Below, in pieces: positions 1 to 11,647 of a stretch of 64,000 bases of DNA; position 1 is the first letter of the stretch; each line of letters opens with the position of its first letter. The DNA lies in the NCBI RefSeq assembly GCF_018977255.1, contig NW_024704751.1:7006001-7070000 (forward strand), read 5' to 3'. A program made the position numbers and the translations under genes. Below the pieces are notes generated by a model. It saw only the letters and a list, made by a program, of their open reading frames with translations. It made no database searches and was not told the DNA's origin. Source of the stretch: Callorhinchus milii. Taxonomy: Eukaryota.

Positions 1-275
1 GTTCAGGTGGACGTTAAAGATCCCGCGGCGCTATTCGAAAAGAGAAGGGAGTTTCTCTCTCCAGGTGTCCTGGTCAACAATACCCCCCCCCCCCCCCCCC
101 CCCCACCAAATAAAATTGGTCACTCACTCCATGGCTTTTTGTGCGCAAACCGGCTGCCGCGTTTCGCCCAGAAAATACACAATAATTCCACTTTGCAGCA
201 TAGTTTGTGTGAAGCTCTTTGAGGCGTCTTGACGACCTGATAAGGCGCAATATCAACTGCAAGGATTATTATTTA
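1..275 (+). mobile_element. Deu-domain-type SINE (5'-truncated by window edge) with L2-like 3' tail
   Basis: gtggacgttaaagatccc...ctattcgaaaagagaagggagtt...ggtgtcctgg core recurs at ~4000, 17770, 45750, 55070 and 61220; ends in gtgaagc..tttgag...tgcaagga(tta)n. Confidence 0.7.
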
Positions 276-1063
276 TTTATACCGTCTTTGAAAAATAATC
301 AGATTAGAATTGAACAGATCTTCCAGAGAGAAGCCGAGCTGTGGACTCACAGATGCTGATAATTCAACAACAGCAACAACTTTACTTTTCGCCCCCAGGG
401 CCTTTCCTAGTGAGAGGATGTCTGAAAACCCCTCACGTTGACGCCTGGCGTGGGGGAGGGGGGGGGGGGTTGTGGAGGAGAGAGGTCGACCAGAAGCGTG
501 GTCGAAAATTAAATAAATACAGTTTTAAAAAGAGACTAAATAATCCTGCACGGTTCTGCCTCTCGCACTCCTCAATTCAATTCTTCACCAAATGGCTGTC
601 TAATTCCCTCTTGAATTTACTGACACAAATCTATTAACCACGTTAAAAGTATTATTAGGGTTGTGTTTATATAATCACGCTTGCAGTTGATATAGCATTC
701 CATCGCGTCAAAATACTCGACATTACTTTTGTGTGTAGGGACTGTAGGATATTTGTAGGCGAACCCGGTTGCCAGTTTGCATGCACAAAGTCCGGCAAAC
801 AGCCGTGCGTGAGGTGAGTGACTTTTTTTTTTAATCTGGAGAATTACCGTCCGGAACCCTGGGAGAGAAACTCCCTTCTCTTTTCGAATAACACCACGTG
901 AAGGCCGCTGTGCAAGTGCAAGTTGTTGTTGTTGTTGTTGTTGTTGCTGCTGCCTCCACAAGAGCCTCTTCCTGCCACGGTGAGGAGATTTCTGTGGTTG
1001 GTCCTAAGTGTTTTACGCAGGTTTTTATTTTTACGCGCACAGCGTTACTCTGTGTCTATGCAG

Positions 1064-1233
1064 TTCCCGGAGGTTGTTCCGTTGAATGTGGGCGGTATGT
1101 ATTTCACGACGCGACTGTCTACCCTGAGGCGCTATGAGGACACGATGCTCGCGGCCATGTTCAGCGGCCGACACCGAATTCCTAAAGACGCAGACGGACG
1201 TTTCTTCATCGACCGAGACGGGGCCTCCTTTGG
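1064..1233 (+). CDS. KCTD7: KCTD7 exon 2 (BTB/POZ domain); exon 1 lies upstream of the window
   Basis: FPEVVPLNVGGMYFTTRLSTLRRYEDTMLAAMFSGRH...FFIDRDG; cag| acceptor, |gt donor, 170 nt. Confidence 0.95.
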
Positions 1234-1394
1234 GTGGGTAAAGCGCTGTAAAGCTCTGAGCTGTCAAGACTTCACTGGCTCCCCATCTCCCAGAGAATCC
1301 AGTTCAAGATTCTTGTCCTCTCTTTTAAAGCCCTCCACGGTCTTGTTCCTCCCTACATCTGCGACAGACTAAAATCAAACCAACCTGCCCCCTC

Positions 1395-1690
1395 CCTCCG
1401 GGCACTGGCCTGCTCCATGACCATCAGCGTTTCTACCCCCACTCTCTAGAACTCCCTCCCGGAGCCCCTCCGCCTGCCCCCTCCCCTCACCTCTTTCAAG
1501 GTCCACCTCAAGACCTTCTTCTTTGACAGTGCTTTCGGTCATCCTCCCAACCCCCCCCCCACCACCACCACCTCCTTGCGCTACATTCCTCTTGACTTCA
1601 AACCCCTCAACTTGGGTGCAAATCCTCCACTATCCAGTGCCCAGGGCCATCCATCTGCTATATAAATGCAATTTGTTTTTGTTATTGTGT
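1395..1690 (+). mobile_element. L2 LINE 3' fragment
   Basis: ttcaag..ctcaagaccttcttctttgacagtgctttcggtcatcctcc...ctatataaatgcaatttgttt; similar pieces at ~36080, 53000 and 62510. Confidence 0.6.
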
Positions 1691-1897
1691 CAACTGAATG
1701 ATGGGGTGGGGGGCAGGCAGGGGAGTCCTGAATGAGCAGGTCAGAAAGGCAGGGTTTGTATGTGAGGGTCTTGAAATCAAATCCTTTTGGAGCGCGGTGG
1801 GGTTTTAGGGAGACTGGCGATGAGCTATTGAGATCTAATGAGATGCACGGAACGTACAAAGCGTTCAGCCGTTTCGTGCTTTTGTCTTCTTTCTCAG

Positions 1898-2076
1898 AGA
1901 CATTCTTAACTTCCTGCGAAGCGGTGACCTTCCGCAGCGCGAGCGAGTCAGAGCCGTGTACAAGGAGGCTCAATACTACGCCATCGGCCCGCTCATCGAG
2001 TGTCTGGACGAGATGCAGCCTTTGGCCAGTGAAAAAGTCAGAAAAGCTTTTTTGGATTTGCTGCCGTATTACAAAG
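1898..2076 (+). CDS. KCTD7: KCTD7 exon 3
   Basis: (G)DILNFLRSGDLPQRERVRAVYKEAQYYAIGPL...YYK; tcag| and |gtac, 179 nt, phase consistent. Confidence 0.95.
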
Positions 2077-2129
2077 GTACGAACAGATGAAGAAATTATT
2101 TCTTAACGTCCCTTCCCTCTGTAAATGCA

Positions 2130-2445
2130 GGTAATAATAATAATCCTCGCATTTGATATAGCGCCTTATCAAGACGTTAAGATATCTCAAATCGCTTCAC
2201 AGAATATATTGTGAATTGTGAATGGACTGTATTTTGTGGGCGAAAAGCGTCAGCCAATTGCACAAACAGTCACGATGGAGCGACCAAATATTTTTTTGAG
2301 GGATCTATACTGCCCCCGGAAAAGCGATCTGCCACTCGTCCAGCAACCGGGTTCCTGCTTAATGCTAGGTAAACCGAGGCGTGCGGAGTAATGAAACTTG
2401 CCGGAGGTTTTGCCCCACCCGGGAATCGAACCTGGGTCCACTCGT
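2130..2445 (-). mobile_element. tRNA-derived SINE (tRNA-Ala-like family), diverged copy
   Basis: aataataatcctcgcatttgatatagcgcc...gaaacttgcc...gggaatcgaacc; same structure as 52660-52989. Confidence 0.7.
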
Positions 2446-2491
2446 TGACTATTATAACCATCTCGTCCTCTCGTTCCCTCTTCCCCGCCAG

Positions 2492-2868
2492 AGAATCTGG
2501 AGAGAATCATTGAAATCGCCAAACAGAGAGCAGTGCAGAGGAAAGCCCGGTTCGCCAAGCTGAAGATCTGCGTGTACAAGGAGGAGATGCCTGTCACGCC
2601 TTACGAGAGGCCGCTGTATAACTCGCTGCGTTTCGACCGGAGCGAGAGCGAGACCAAACTATTTGAGCACCACTGCGAGGTGGACGTGTCGTTCGGCCCG
2701 TGGGAAGCCATCGCAGACGTTTACGACCTGCTGCACTGCATCGTGACGGACCTGGGCAACCGGGGCATCACCGTGGATCACCAGTGCATCGGTGTCTGTG
2801 ACAAGCATCTCGTCAACCATTATTACTGCAAGCGCCCCATCTACGAATTCAAAATTACCTGGTGGTAA
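2492..2868 (+). CDS. KCTD7: KCTD7 exon 4 (last coding exon)
   Basis: NLERIIEIAKQRAVQRKARFAKLKICVYKEEMP...HYYCKRPIYEFKITWW*, the KCTD7 C-terminus. Confidence 0.96.
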
Positions 2869-4682
2869 CTGGCCTTTTTTTTTGGGTGGGTGGGGGGGTG
2901 GGGCGGTAAAGAAATTACTGTACCAGTTCAACATCACAGCAAGCTCCGTGCTTCCTCATTTATTTAATGAGATGTTGAATTGGGAATGTCTCAATGCAGA
3001 TCGGTTCCAACGCAGCGGGCAGAGGTTTTGCTCGCCGGTTAGATGTGGGGGAATGACTGCATGACCGCTTGCACACCCATCCCACTCCTTGCACCCCCCC
3101 CCCACCCCCAACCCATGTCACCCCCTTCCACCATGACCACACTGGTTAGCCAAGCGGGGAATTGATCCTTCGAGGGGAACGAGCGAGAGATGGAGCAGCG
3201 TGTTTTTTTTCTTTAAAAACATTTAGTGCTTTCAATTATTTTTCCCTCTACCCCACCCCACCCCCACTGGCCCATGCCTCTCTTCTTGACCTCCTCTTGC
3301 TGGGGTGAGGTTCCAGGAGCGTTGGTTGCCCTTCAGTCCTAGTTTCCCCCTCTCCCCCCCCTGTGCTGCTGGAAGTGTGCTCCAGCAGGTACCTCATGGC
3401 GAGGCGGTCGGAAGGCCCTCTGTATCAAATGCAAGGATTATTATTATTATTTATATAGCACCCCTCATGCGGGTTAACATCCCAGAGCATTTTGTTCTTT
3501 CAAAAAAAAACACACGGCAACTCCCTCCCATCCCTAGACAGGTGCCGAGGGTTTACAGGTGCATTCAGGTCAGTACGATTTATCCTAATCTGCTTGGGGT
3601 GGAAAAAAAAATCTACGCAGATTTCAAAAGCAGCTTTGGCAGCTTCTCTCAGATTTGCAGCGCGAGGAGCTGAGGAGATTTACAACACAACACACAATTT
3701 ACACGTACACAGCATTTCACGGGCGGGAGGACGTCCCAAAGCCCCCGACAAATTTGTTGGGTTCTGGCCAGAGAGGGAGAGTCCGTTATCTTACTTCCCA
3801 ATTCCATTGTTCTTTTCCTGACCAATCTTGAGATTCTCCGGAAATACGAGAGTAGGCAGTGGGATGTCTTTCAGGGAATTTGTGATTTTGCTCAGCGCTT
3901 CGCAAGTAAGTGTTGAGCAGATACAGTCATGAGCAGATAGGGCGGGACCACTGCAACATTCGATCAGACGTTAAACAGTGGTCCCATCTCTGTCTCAAAT
4001 CAGTGGATGGTAAAGATCCCGCTTCGCTATTCGAAAAGAGAAGGGAGTGTCACTCTCTCCCGGTTTCCTGGCCAACAATCCCCCAAAACTTGGCCACTCC
4101 TTTCCTGGCTTTTTATGGGACTTCACTGCGTTCGCCCATAAGAACATTCACTACACCAGTTCCCCTGTGAAGCACTTTGAGTCGTTTCAGTGTTATAGGA
4201 GCTGTATCAAAGGCAAAGACTGTTATAGAGGCGTCGTGCATTCTTTGGTTTGCTTTGCAACTGGGTCAAATGAGCTGTCGTTTTCTGTGCTGTGCAATTA
4301 AAAGATGCTGGAAAACCAGCGATAAGGGCTAAACTGTTCAAAATTATTGTTCTTGCCAGTTTGAAACGAACTGTCTCCAGTGCATTGTTATCAAGTATCG
4401 CCTACCCTTTGATTGCCGGCTGATCCGAGCTGTCCTTTTCGTGTTCAGAAGATCTGACCAGTCTTTCGTAAACATGTTGCAAAAGTTGTTAACACGGTTA
4501 GCATAAAACTGTCCTTTAACAAATAAATCCCTGGATTATTTCTATAAACATTGGTTGCGTGTTCCTGATTTTGTGACTGTTCTTTCGGAGTGACGGTTTT
4601 GCCGCTTCGGGATTTACACCAGAAAGGTTGGCTTTGAAAGTGCACACAGTGATCCGTCGACTGAATGAATGGATGTTTACGT

Positions 4683-4953
4683 TTCCAGGCAGAGGGCGAA
4701 ACCTCGGGCAAGTTTCCTTACTCCACACAGAGCCTAATAATAATCCCTCCAAAAAACCAAAAACAATAATTAAATTGGTCATTTTCAATCTACGACTGTT
4801 TGTGGGACATTGCTGTGCGCAATTGGCTGCCGCGTTCGCCCACAAATATACAGTCAATTCACTTTACAGTGTGTTCTGTGAAGCGCTTTGGGACGTCCTC
4901 CCGACGTGAAAAGCGCTATATCAAATGCAAGGATTATTATTATTATTATTATT
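4683..4953 (+). mobile_element. Young tRNA-derived SINE, 5'-truncated, (TTA)n tail
   Basis: Near-identical to 52660-52989(-) and 54544-54869(+). Confidence 0.85.
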
Positions 4954-5267
4954 ATACGTTGGGAAGGTTGGGGGTCTCTCCGAGATTAACGCTAAACCGG
5001 GCTTTGCTTAGACTACTGCAAAGAAACATCTGTCCACAGATTTACATCATACAACCCAGCCCGGCGCTCCAGTGCCGGGGGAAGGGGTGGTGGGGGCTGC
5101 CTTGTTGGGAGTCGAAAACCGCTGTGCGCAATTGTCTGCCGTGTTTCGCCCACAAAATACACAGTGCAATTCACTTTGCGGTGTGTTATTGCGAACGTGG
5201 AAGACGTGATCAGTCACGACTACCAAATCAATCCAAGAATTATTATTATTAAAGGGTGCAAAGGAAA

Positions 5268-5538
5268 GGGGCAATGGGGGGGGGAGAGGGGGCGGGGCGA
5301 TGGGGGAGAGGGGCAATGGGGGAGAGGGGGTGGGGCAGTGGGGGAGACGGAGAGGGGTAGTGGGGGCGGGGCAATGGGGGAGAGAGGGTGGGGCAATGGG
5401 GGAGACGGAGAGGGGTAGTGGGGGCGGGGCAATGGGGGAGAGGGGGCGGAGCGATGGGGTGAGGGGGCGGGTCAATGGGGGAGAGGAGGCGGGGCAATAG
5501 GGAGAGGAGGCGGGGCAATGGGGGAGAGGGGGAGGGGC
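5268..5538. repeat. G-rich imperfect minisatellite (ggggcaatgggggagag...) upstream of the RABGEF1 promoter
   Basis: Repeated G4-G6 tracts visible directly. Confidence 0.85.
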
Positions 5539-5544
5539 AGTTCA

Positions 5545-5930
5545 GGCTGAGCCTGTGCGGTGCGGTGACGTAATGACGCGCCTCTCTGTGCGTGAGCGTG
5601 TGCGCGATGACGCACCGGTGTGGCGGGCGGCGGCGGCGGCGGTGGCGTCAGCGGCGGTTGGTCAGCGCGCGCGGCGGAGCCGTTACTGAGCGGAAGGGAA
5701 AGGGAGGGGAGGAAAGCGGGAGGCGGCGGCGGCGGCTTGTGAGGTGGGTGAGTGCGGACCGGCGGGGAGGGGAAAGGGAGGAGAAACCGACCGACCGAGG
5801 GAGGGTTCCCGCCCCCCCCCACCCCTCCCCCCGGTCGGGGAGCGAGTTGAGTCGGACGACGCGCGGCCTTTTTTTTTTGCTGCCCCGCGGGACGGTTTGA
5901 GGGCGGAGAGGCCGAGGCTCCGGGCCTAGA
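5545..5930 (+). promoter_or_regulatory. RABGEF1: CpG-island promoter and non-coding exon 1 of RABGEF1 (donor gtgagt at 5748)
   Basis: Dense CpG and (ggc)n; tandem CRE/ATF half-sites TGACG at 5566, 5574 and 5608; consensus splice donor. Confidence 0.7.
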
Positions 5931-5948
5931 CACAGGCACTGGCCCCCG

Positions 5949-5985
<37 letters not shown>

Positions 5986-6212
5986 CGTTATTACTATCCG
6001 TGCGGGGAGCAGAGACGCCGCGTAGCAAATGCATTGAAACGGTGCGGAAACGGATCCTCGTCATCATAATAATAATAATAATATTAATAATAAGTGGTGA
6101 TAATAATAATCCTTGCGTTTGAGACGGCGCCTCATCACGTCTTCGAGACGCTTCTCTCCCTCCCTCCCTCCCTCCCTCCCAAGCGCTCCACAGGATTGTA
6201 CTGTAAAGTGGA

Positions 6213-6466
6213 NNNNNNNNNNNNNNNNNNNNNNNNNNNNNNNNNNNNNNNNNNNNNNNNNNNNNNNNNNNNNNNNNNNNNNNNNNNNNNNNNNNNNNNN
6301 NNNNNNNNNNNNNNNNNNNNNNNNNNNNNNNNNNNNNNNNNNNNNNNNNNNNNNNNNNNNNNNNNNNNNNNNNNNNNNNNNNNNNNNNNNNNNNNNNNNN
6401 NNNNNNNNNNNNNNNNNNNNNNNNNNNNNNNNNNNNNNNNNNNNNNNNNNNNNNNNNNNNNNNNNN
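6213..6466. other. Assembly gap (N run)
   Basis: Ns. Confidence 1.
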
Positions 6467-9428
6467 ACCGAATTGTAATTACAGGCGTATCACAGTCCTT
6501 GGGTTTGATATGCCTCCCCCCCCCCACCCAGTCTCCCACCGCTGCCACCCGCCCCCGCCACCCGCTGTCATCACCTTTTCAAAGCGCCTTAGCAGGATTG
6601 TACCGTCAGGGGCACTTTGTGCTGTGAAAGCGCTTTTGGGACGTCTCCGCGACGGGATAAGGATACGACAATAATAATAGTGATGATGATGATAATCCTT
6701 GCGTTTGATGCAGCGCCTTATCACGCCTTCGCGACGTCTCAAAGCGCCTCACAGATTATACTGTTACACGAGTGTTGACTGTATATGTTGTGGGCGAAAC
6801 AAAATACGCAGGTTCTGTGTCATGCGCACGGATTATTCTTATCGAGCGTAGCGGCTCAGTGTTTTGCGGGCGAACGAACTCGGAAGCCGTTTCGCGCACG
6901 GTGACGTCCCTCACAAACAGCCGTGGGGTGGGCTGGCATTTTTTTTCTGGTGGGGATTGCCGGGCAGGACACCGGAGCGGGGTGGGGGTGGGCGGGATAT
7001 GAAAGAGAAACTTCTTTATCTTTTTTTCGAGTCACTCTTCACCGTCCTCCTCAACAGATAGAGAGGCTTGTTATTGGATACACAGAGCGGCTTTAAATGC
7101 CACTGAATCCTTACAGTGCTTTTGTGTTGTTTTATCTTCTTTTGTTAATGAGCTCCCCTGTTGTGTTCTGTTTGTATTTATTTATTGCCTGCTGATTGTT
7201 ATTGGGGCCGCAAGCTTTTCTGTTCACTTTCTCTCTCTCTCTCTATTGTCATTTATTCCAACTGTTCTGGAATTTTTTTTGGGTGTTGTTAGACATTCTC
7301 GCTGGGATGAACTGTTTAGAGGAAGTACTTATTTTTCAATCAGCAAACTACTGTATCGCTTCTTGGTTTCTGCTCATGTATGTGATGATGTCAGCTATTT
7401 CCGTAATTGCTCACAGAGACAGAGAGCGATTACTGTGTATTTGAAGCAATTTATTTATTTATTAATGAGATTTGTTGATAGGGCCTGTGGGCCCACTCCC
7501 CAACCCATTCCCTGCACTTTGCCTCCTACATGTACCCCTCCACCCCACCATTAGTGGACGAACTGTCAGCTGAGCTCTCTGACACTCTTATCTGTCCGCC
7601 ATTCATCTCTCTTTCTCTGTTTTCAAAATGCGTCTTTTAAAACAAATCTCTAACGGTGTCTTCAGCCTACCTATCGGCTTCTCTGTCTCTCACCCTGCTC
7701 GAACGCCCATTCCTTTTCAGTATAGCAATTCTTTGAGTCATTTCCCTACATGAAAGGTGAAAATTGTTGAATCAGTGGAAATTGTTTTTAAAATCTATAA
7801 AACAGGGATTGAATGATAAAATCTACAGAAGAACAATGGTATATTAGACTAATAATCCTCACATTAAATACAGCCCCTTATCACATAGTCTTATTGGATT
7901 TACTGTAAAGTATAGACTATTTGTAAGTGAATGTGGCAGCCAAATTGTATGTAGTGATGTCCATAAACAGCCATCAAGTGAATGACCAGTTCTATTTGGG
8001 GCATTGGAGCACGAGAAACTCTGTATCTGTTGAATTCGAGTATGAGTTGCCCATAGAGGGCAGTGAAAGTGATGAGTGAGAAAGTGTCCCAGAGAAAGTG
8101 GTGGTATTTTTCTGGCTGGTTACAATATCCTCATTTTTTGCCGTATGTAGGAACAATGTACGTAAGATTATAATGCTGTGCAAATCCAGGTCAATGCAGA
8201 CACATAAAATAATTATGGAGTTTGTGTTGAGTGAAGCAAGTGTGTTAGGATATTGATACGGAAGATTTGAAGGTTATTCTGAAAAACAAATCATTGAGCC
8301 ACCAGTCAAGTATCTGGCTGCAGTACCATGTATATAATTAGAATTGAAATGTGTAAGAGCTGACAGTACTGCTGTATAGATCACTGTTTGAGGTTTATTT
8401 GCAATACTATACATTATTGATCATCTTAGCATTGAAGTATATTGTAAGCTCTTGAGTGGTAGGCCAACCAAGATGACACTTGATTTCAGGAATCCGAATG
8501 ATGAGGAAATTTTGCTTGTTGTCATTGGGCAAAGGATTTCAAGATGACCTTATAGTTACAAAGGACACTGATAAATGAGTTAGACAAAATATTTTTCATA
8601 ATATTGATATAATATTGCTACTAGAATGTTTCAGAAAAAGGAATAGCGAGGAATACACTGAAAAGGTTATTGTAACCCAAACATATTGGGTTGGGGCAGG
8701 TACAAACATTTCCCGTGTTCCTGAGTTGTTGAAGATGAAAGATTTTTTTTATTACAGAATAGGAAAACAGTGACAACATCATCAGATTGAACTGAATTCT
8801 AGCATGGGTTCATCATTTAATATAACTGCAATGTTGCCTCTTGATTGGCTGGTTCTCTGTACATTGAAATAAGTGACATTAACTCCCTTCCATGTAAACT
8901 TTCCGGTTTTAAACCCTAATTCATCATTCTTGTCTTGCAAATTTTCCAATCACATGACACTGTTGAAGAACAAAGCCAAAGCGGTAAAAAAAAATAGCAG
9001 TAGTTAAAAAAAATGTGGCTTTAATAATGAAAAATGGAATTCCAATAAAATGTGGCCGGGAAAGGGCTGAAATTGTAAAAAAAAATTTACACTAATTCTT
9101 TCCATATAAATGTTTCTCTCGCTATCTTGAATTTCCACAGCTCGGTGAAGGTGAAATACAGCACTTCTTTCACTTATTCTGCTGCACCCTAAGAGGCAAA
9201 CATTCAAAACTGGTATGGCAACCCAGGTTTATATTTTATAATATAAATAACAATCGACTGAGTGTTTGTGATACCTTAAACAAAGTTTGTGATCTTTAAA
9301 CTGTATATTTTTATGTTCACAGAACCTATTATTTTAGTTCAATTTTATTCCAATTTATTCCAATTAACCATTGTTCCAATTTTTATTACATTTTTCAAAT
9401 ATTCCCATAAGTTTACAAATATAATACA

Positions 9429-9461
<33 letters not shown>

Positions 9462-10266
9462 CACGCACTGAGTTAACCACATATTAAAAGCTAGTTTAGT
9501 GCCAGATTTACTGGCGCCTGAATACAGCTGATGTCATCGTAGCACAATGTTTGAGGTTCTTCTTTCTACAGTATTATACTGGTAGCACAAGAAATATAAA
9601 GCCATGTAGTAGATTATTCAGCTCGTTGAACCAGTTTTGACATTTTGTTACATCATAGTAAATCTTTTAATCAGATTTCTCTGCTTTTTCTCCACATTTA
9701 AGATAAACTTTCATGTAAAAGACTATCTTGAAGAAGTCACAGAATAAGATTAGTTAGAAATAAAGAGGATGTTATGTATGAAACAAAGCAGTTAATATGC
9801 ACCATCAATGCCCTACAAGTGACGATGGAATCAATAGCTGCTTTCTTTGAGTTATGGGGAGGTGAATTTGGATGAGGAGGGAATATAAAATAGGACAACC
9901 AGGAAAAACCTCCCCACCTTTCTTTGAAGTAATAGGATTGAGCAGCTGAAGTTTATCTGAGTCAAAAAAGCAGATAGACCTCAATTTGACATTCAAAAAA
10001 AAACACATGATGATTTTGAAATGTAAATGTCAGCACTGGTATAAATTAAAGTGTGAAAACCTCCAAGATATAAACTTGTTGAAGACTTTTGAAAAAAACT
10101 GTTTAAGTGATCTAAATTAACTGTAAATATTCTATTTAGGATTTCCTTTTTTTTCCCTCAACGACACCTGGATTCACCCAGTTATTAATGTTATTCATTC
10201 CTTCCAGACTTTAGGTCACGTAGATCTAGATTTTACAGCAGCCTTGTGCTGTTTCACAGCAAAAGG

Positions 10267-10445
10267 ATGAGCTTGAAATCGGAACGCAGAGGAATCCATG
10301 TAGACCAGTCGGAGCTGCTGTGTAAGAAGGGATGTGGTTACTATGGAAATCCTGCTTGGCAAGGCTTTTGTTCCAAGTGCTGGAGAGAGGAGTACAGCAA
10401 AGCCAGACAGCAGCAGATTCAGGGAGACCGGGAGTTCGCTGAACG
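10267..10445 (+). CDS. RABGEF1: RABGEF1 (Rabex-5) coding exon 1: A20 zinc finger
   Basis: [43 protein letters not shown]; |gtaac donor, 179 nt. Confidence 0.96.
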
Positions 10446-10714
10446 GTAACGTGACACGATTTCAATATTTACAATCCCCTGGGAACGTCCTTTGCGTATT
10501 ATAAAACTGTCAAAGTTACATTTCTTTTTACTGAAATAAAGAGGAGTTCTCTTTGCGGTAATTCCTTTGCCAGTGCAAATTTACAATGCAAACATTTGGA
10601 AGCGACAGTGTAGGAGAAATCTGTAACACACGTCAGGTAAATCATATGTACCATACCATTTGCGAGAATACGCAATAACATTTGCCTACTTGCTGGCTTC
10701 TGAATGATTTGCAG

Positions 10715-10872
10715 ACTACAACGGGAGGAGGAAGCTGCTTATGCAAGTAGCCAAGGAGCACCATCCCTGACTTTTTCTAAGTTTGAGGAGAAGAAGACGA
10801 ATGAGACGAAAAGGAAAGTCCAAACCGTCAAGAAATTCTTTAGTCCATCATCTCGAGGTGCACAGAAAAAAG
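10715..10872 (+). CDS. RABGEF1: RABGEF1 coding exon 2 (MIU end and membrane-binding region)
   Basis: LQREEEAAYASSQGAPSLTFSKFEEKKTNETKRKVQTVKKFF; gcag| and |gtaat. Confidence 0.94.
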
Positions 10873-11527
10873 GTAATTACCTTGCTGATAATATTGCTGA
10901 TCATGATCTTTGCTTCTGTATATTTCAGAGAGCAGACGTGGCTACTTTGCTTATTATTGAATTCATGATTTCAATTGCTGCAAAAAAAAAAGTTACCCTA
11001 TCACAGGCTTTACAGAACAAAATAAAACAATGAGAATTCTACTGATGTGATGCAGGGGATCTTCATTTCAGTACAATTGAATATAAGAAAAGAAATATAA
11101 TAGATAGAAAATGCAGTTGTTGAAGCAAAAAAGATAAAGAATAAGGAAAGGTATCAAATCAATGGCAGCATCTGTTCACGTAGATTTTGAGTACACGTAT
11201 CTCTCCTTCCATGTACTGTTTTACACTGCAAAGTAATGCAGTGCGCAGCTGTTACGATATTGAACTGCGGTAACATTTCAAAAATAGGATTGAAACAAAG
11301 TGAAATGAGCTTCTACTTGTTTCATGATTGTCAGTGTTTTGTTGTGCTATTTGACTCCGCGAAGGTGGTAGACAAATCGCTCAATTTCCATCAAGTGTTT
11401 TTGTATTGTATGGCTGTTGTCTGAATAATGACATGGTTTCTGTTCTTGTGATTTCTTTCATTCCCCATTTGCCCTGTTCTGCTGCTTGCCCCTTGCTATT
11501 TTCCCCCTTATTTGCTCCTACATTTAG

Positions 11528-11647
11528 TGGCTCAAGAGAAAGCTCTTAAGCATGGAATAGGTGGGAGGGAGCGCAATGCGGATAACATTCTCAGGGACTT
11601 GAAGGAGATTTTTACTCCGCCCTGGGAGCTGACTACTACTACTGAAG
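11528..11647 (+). CDS. RABGEF1: Candidate RABGEF1 alternative cassette exon (120 nt, phase 1-1)
   Basis: Long polypyrimidine tract + ttag|; open frame AQEKALKHGIGGRERNADNILRDLKEIFTPPWELTTTTE; g|gtaatg donor. Confidence 0.7.

Noticed and set aside
5047-6067. Pro/Gly/Arg-rich ORFs
   Set aside because: Low-complexity G-rich repeat and CpG island; no domain signal.
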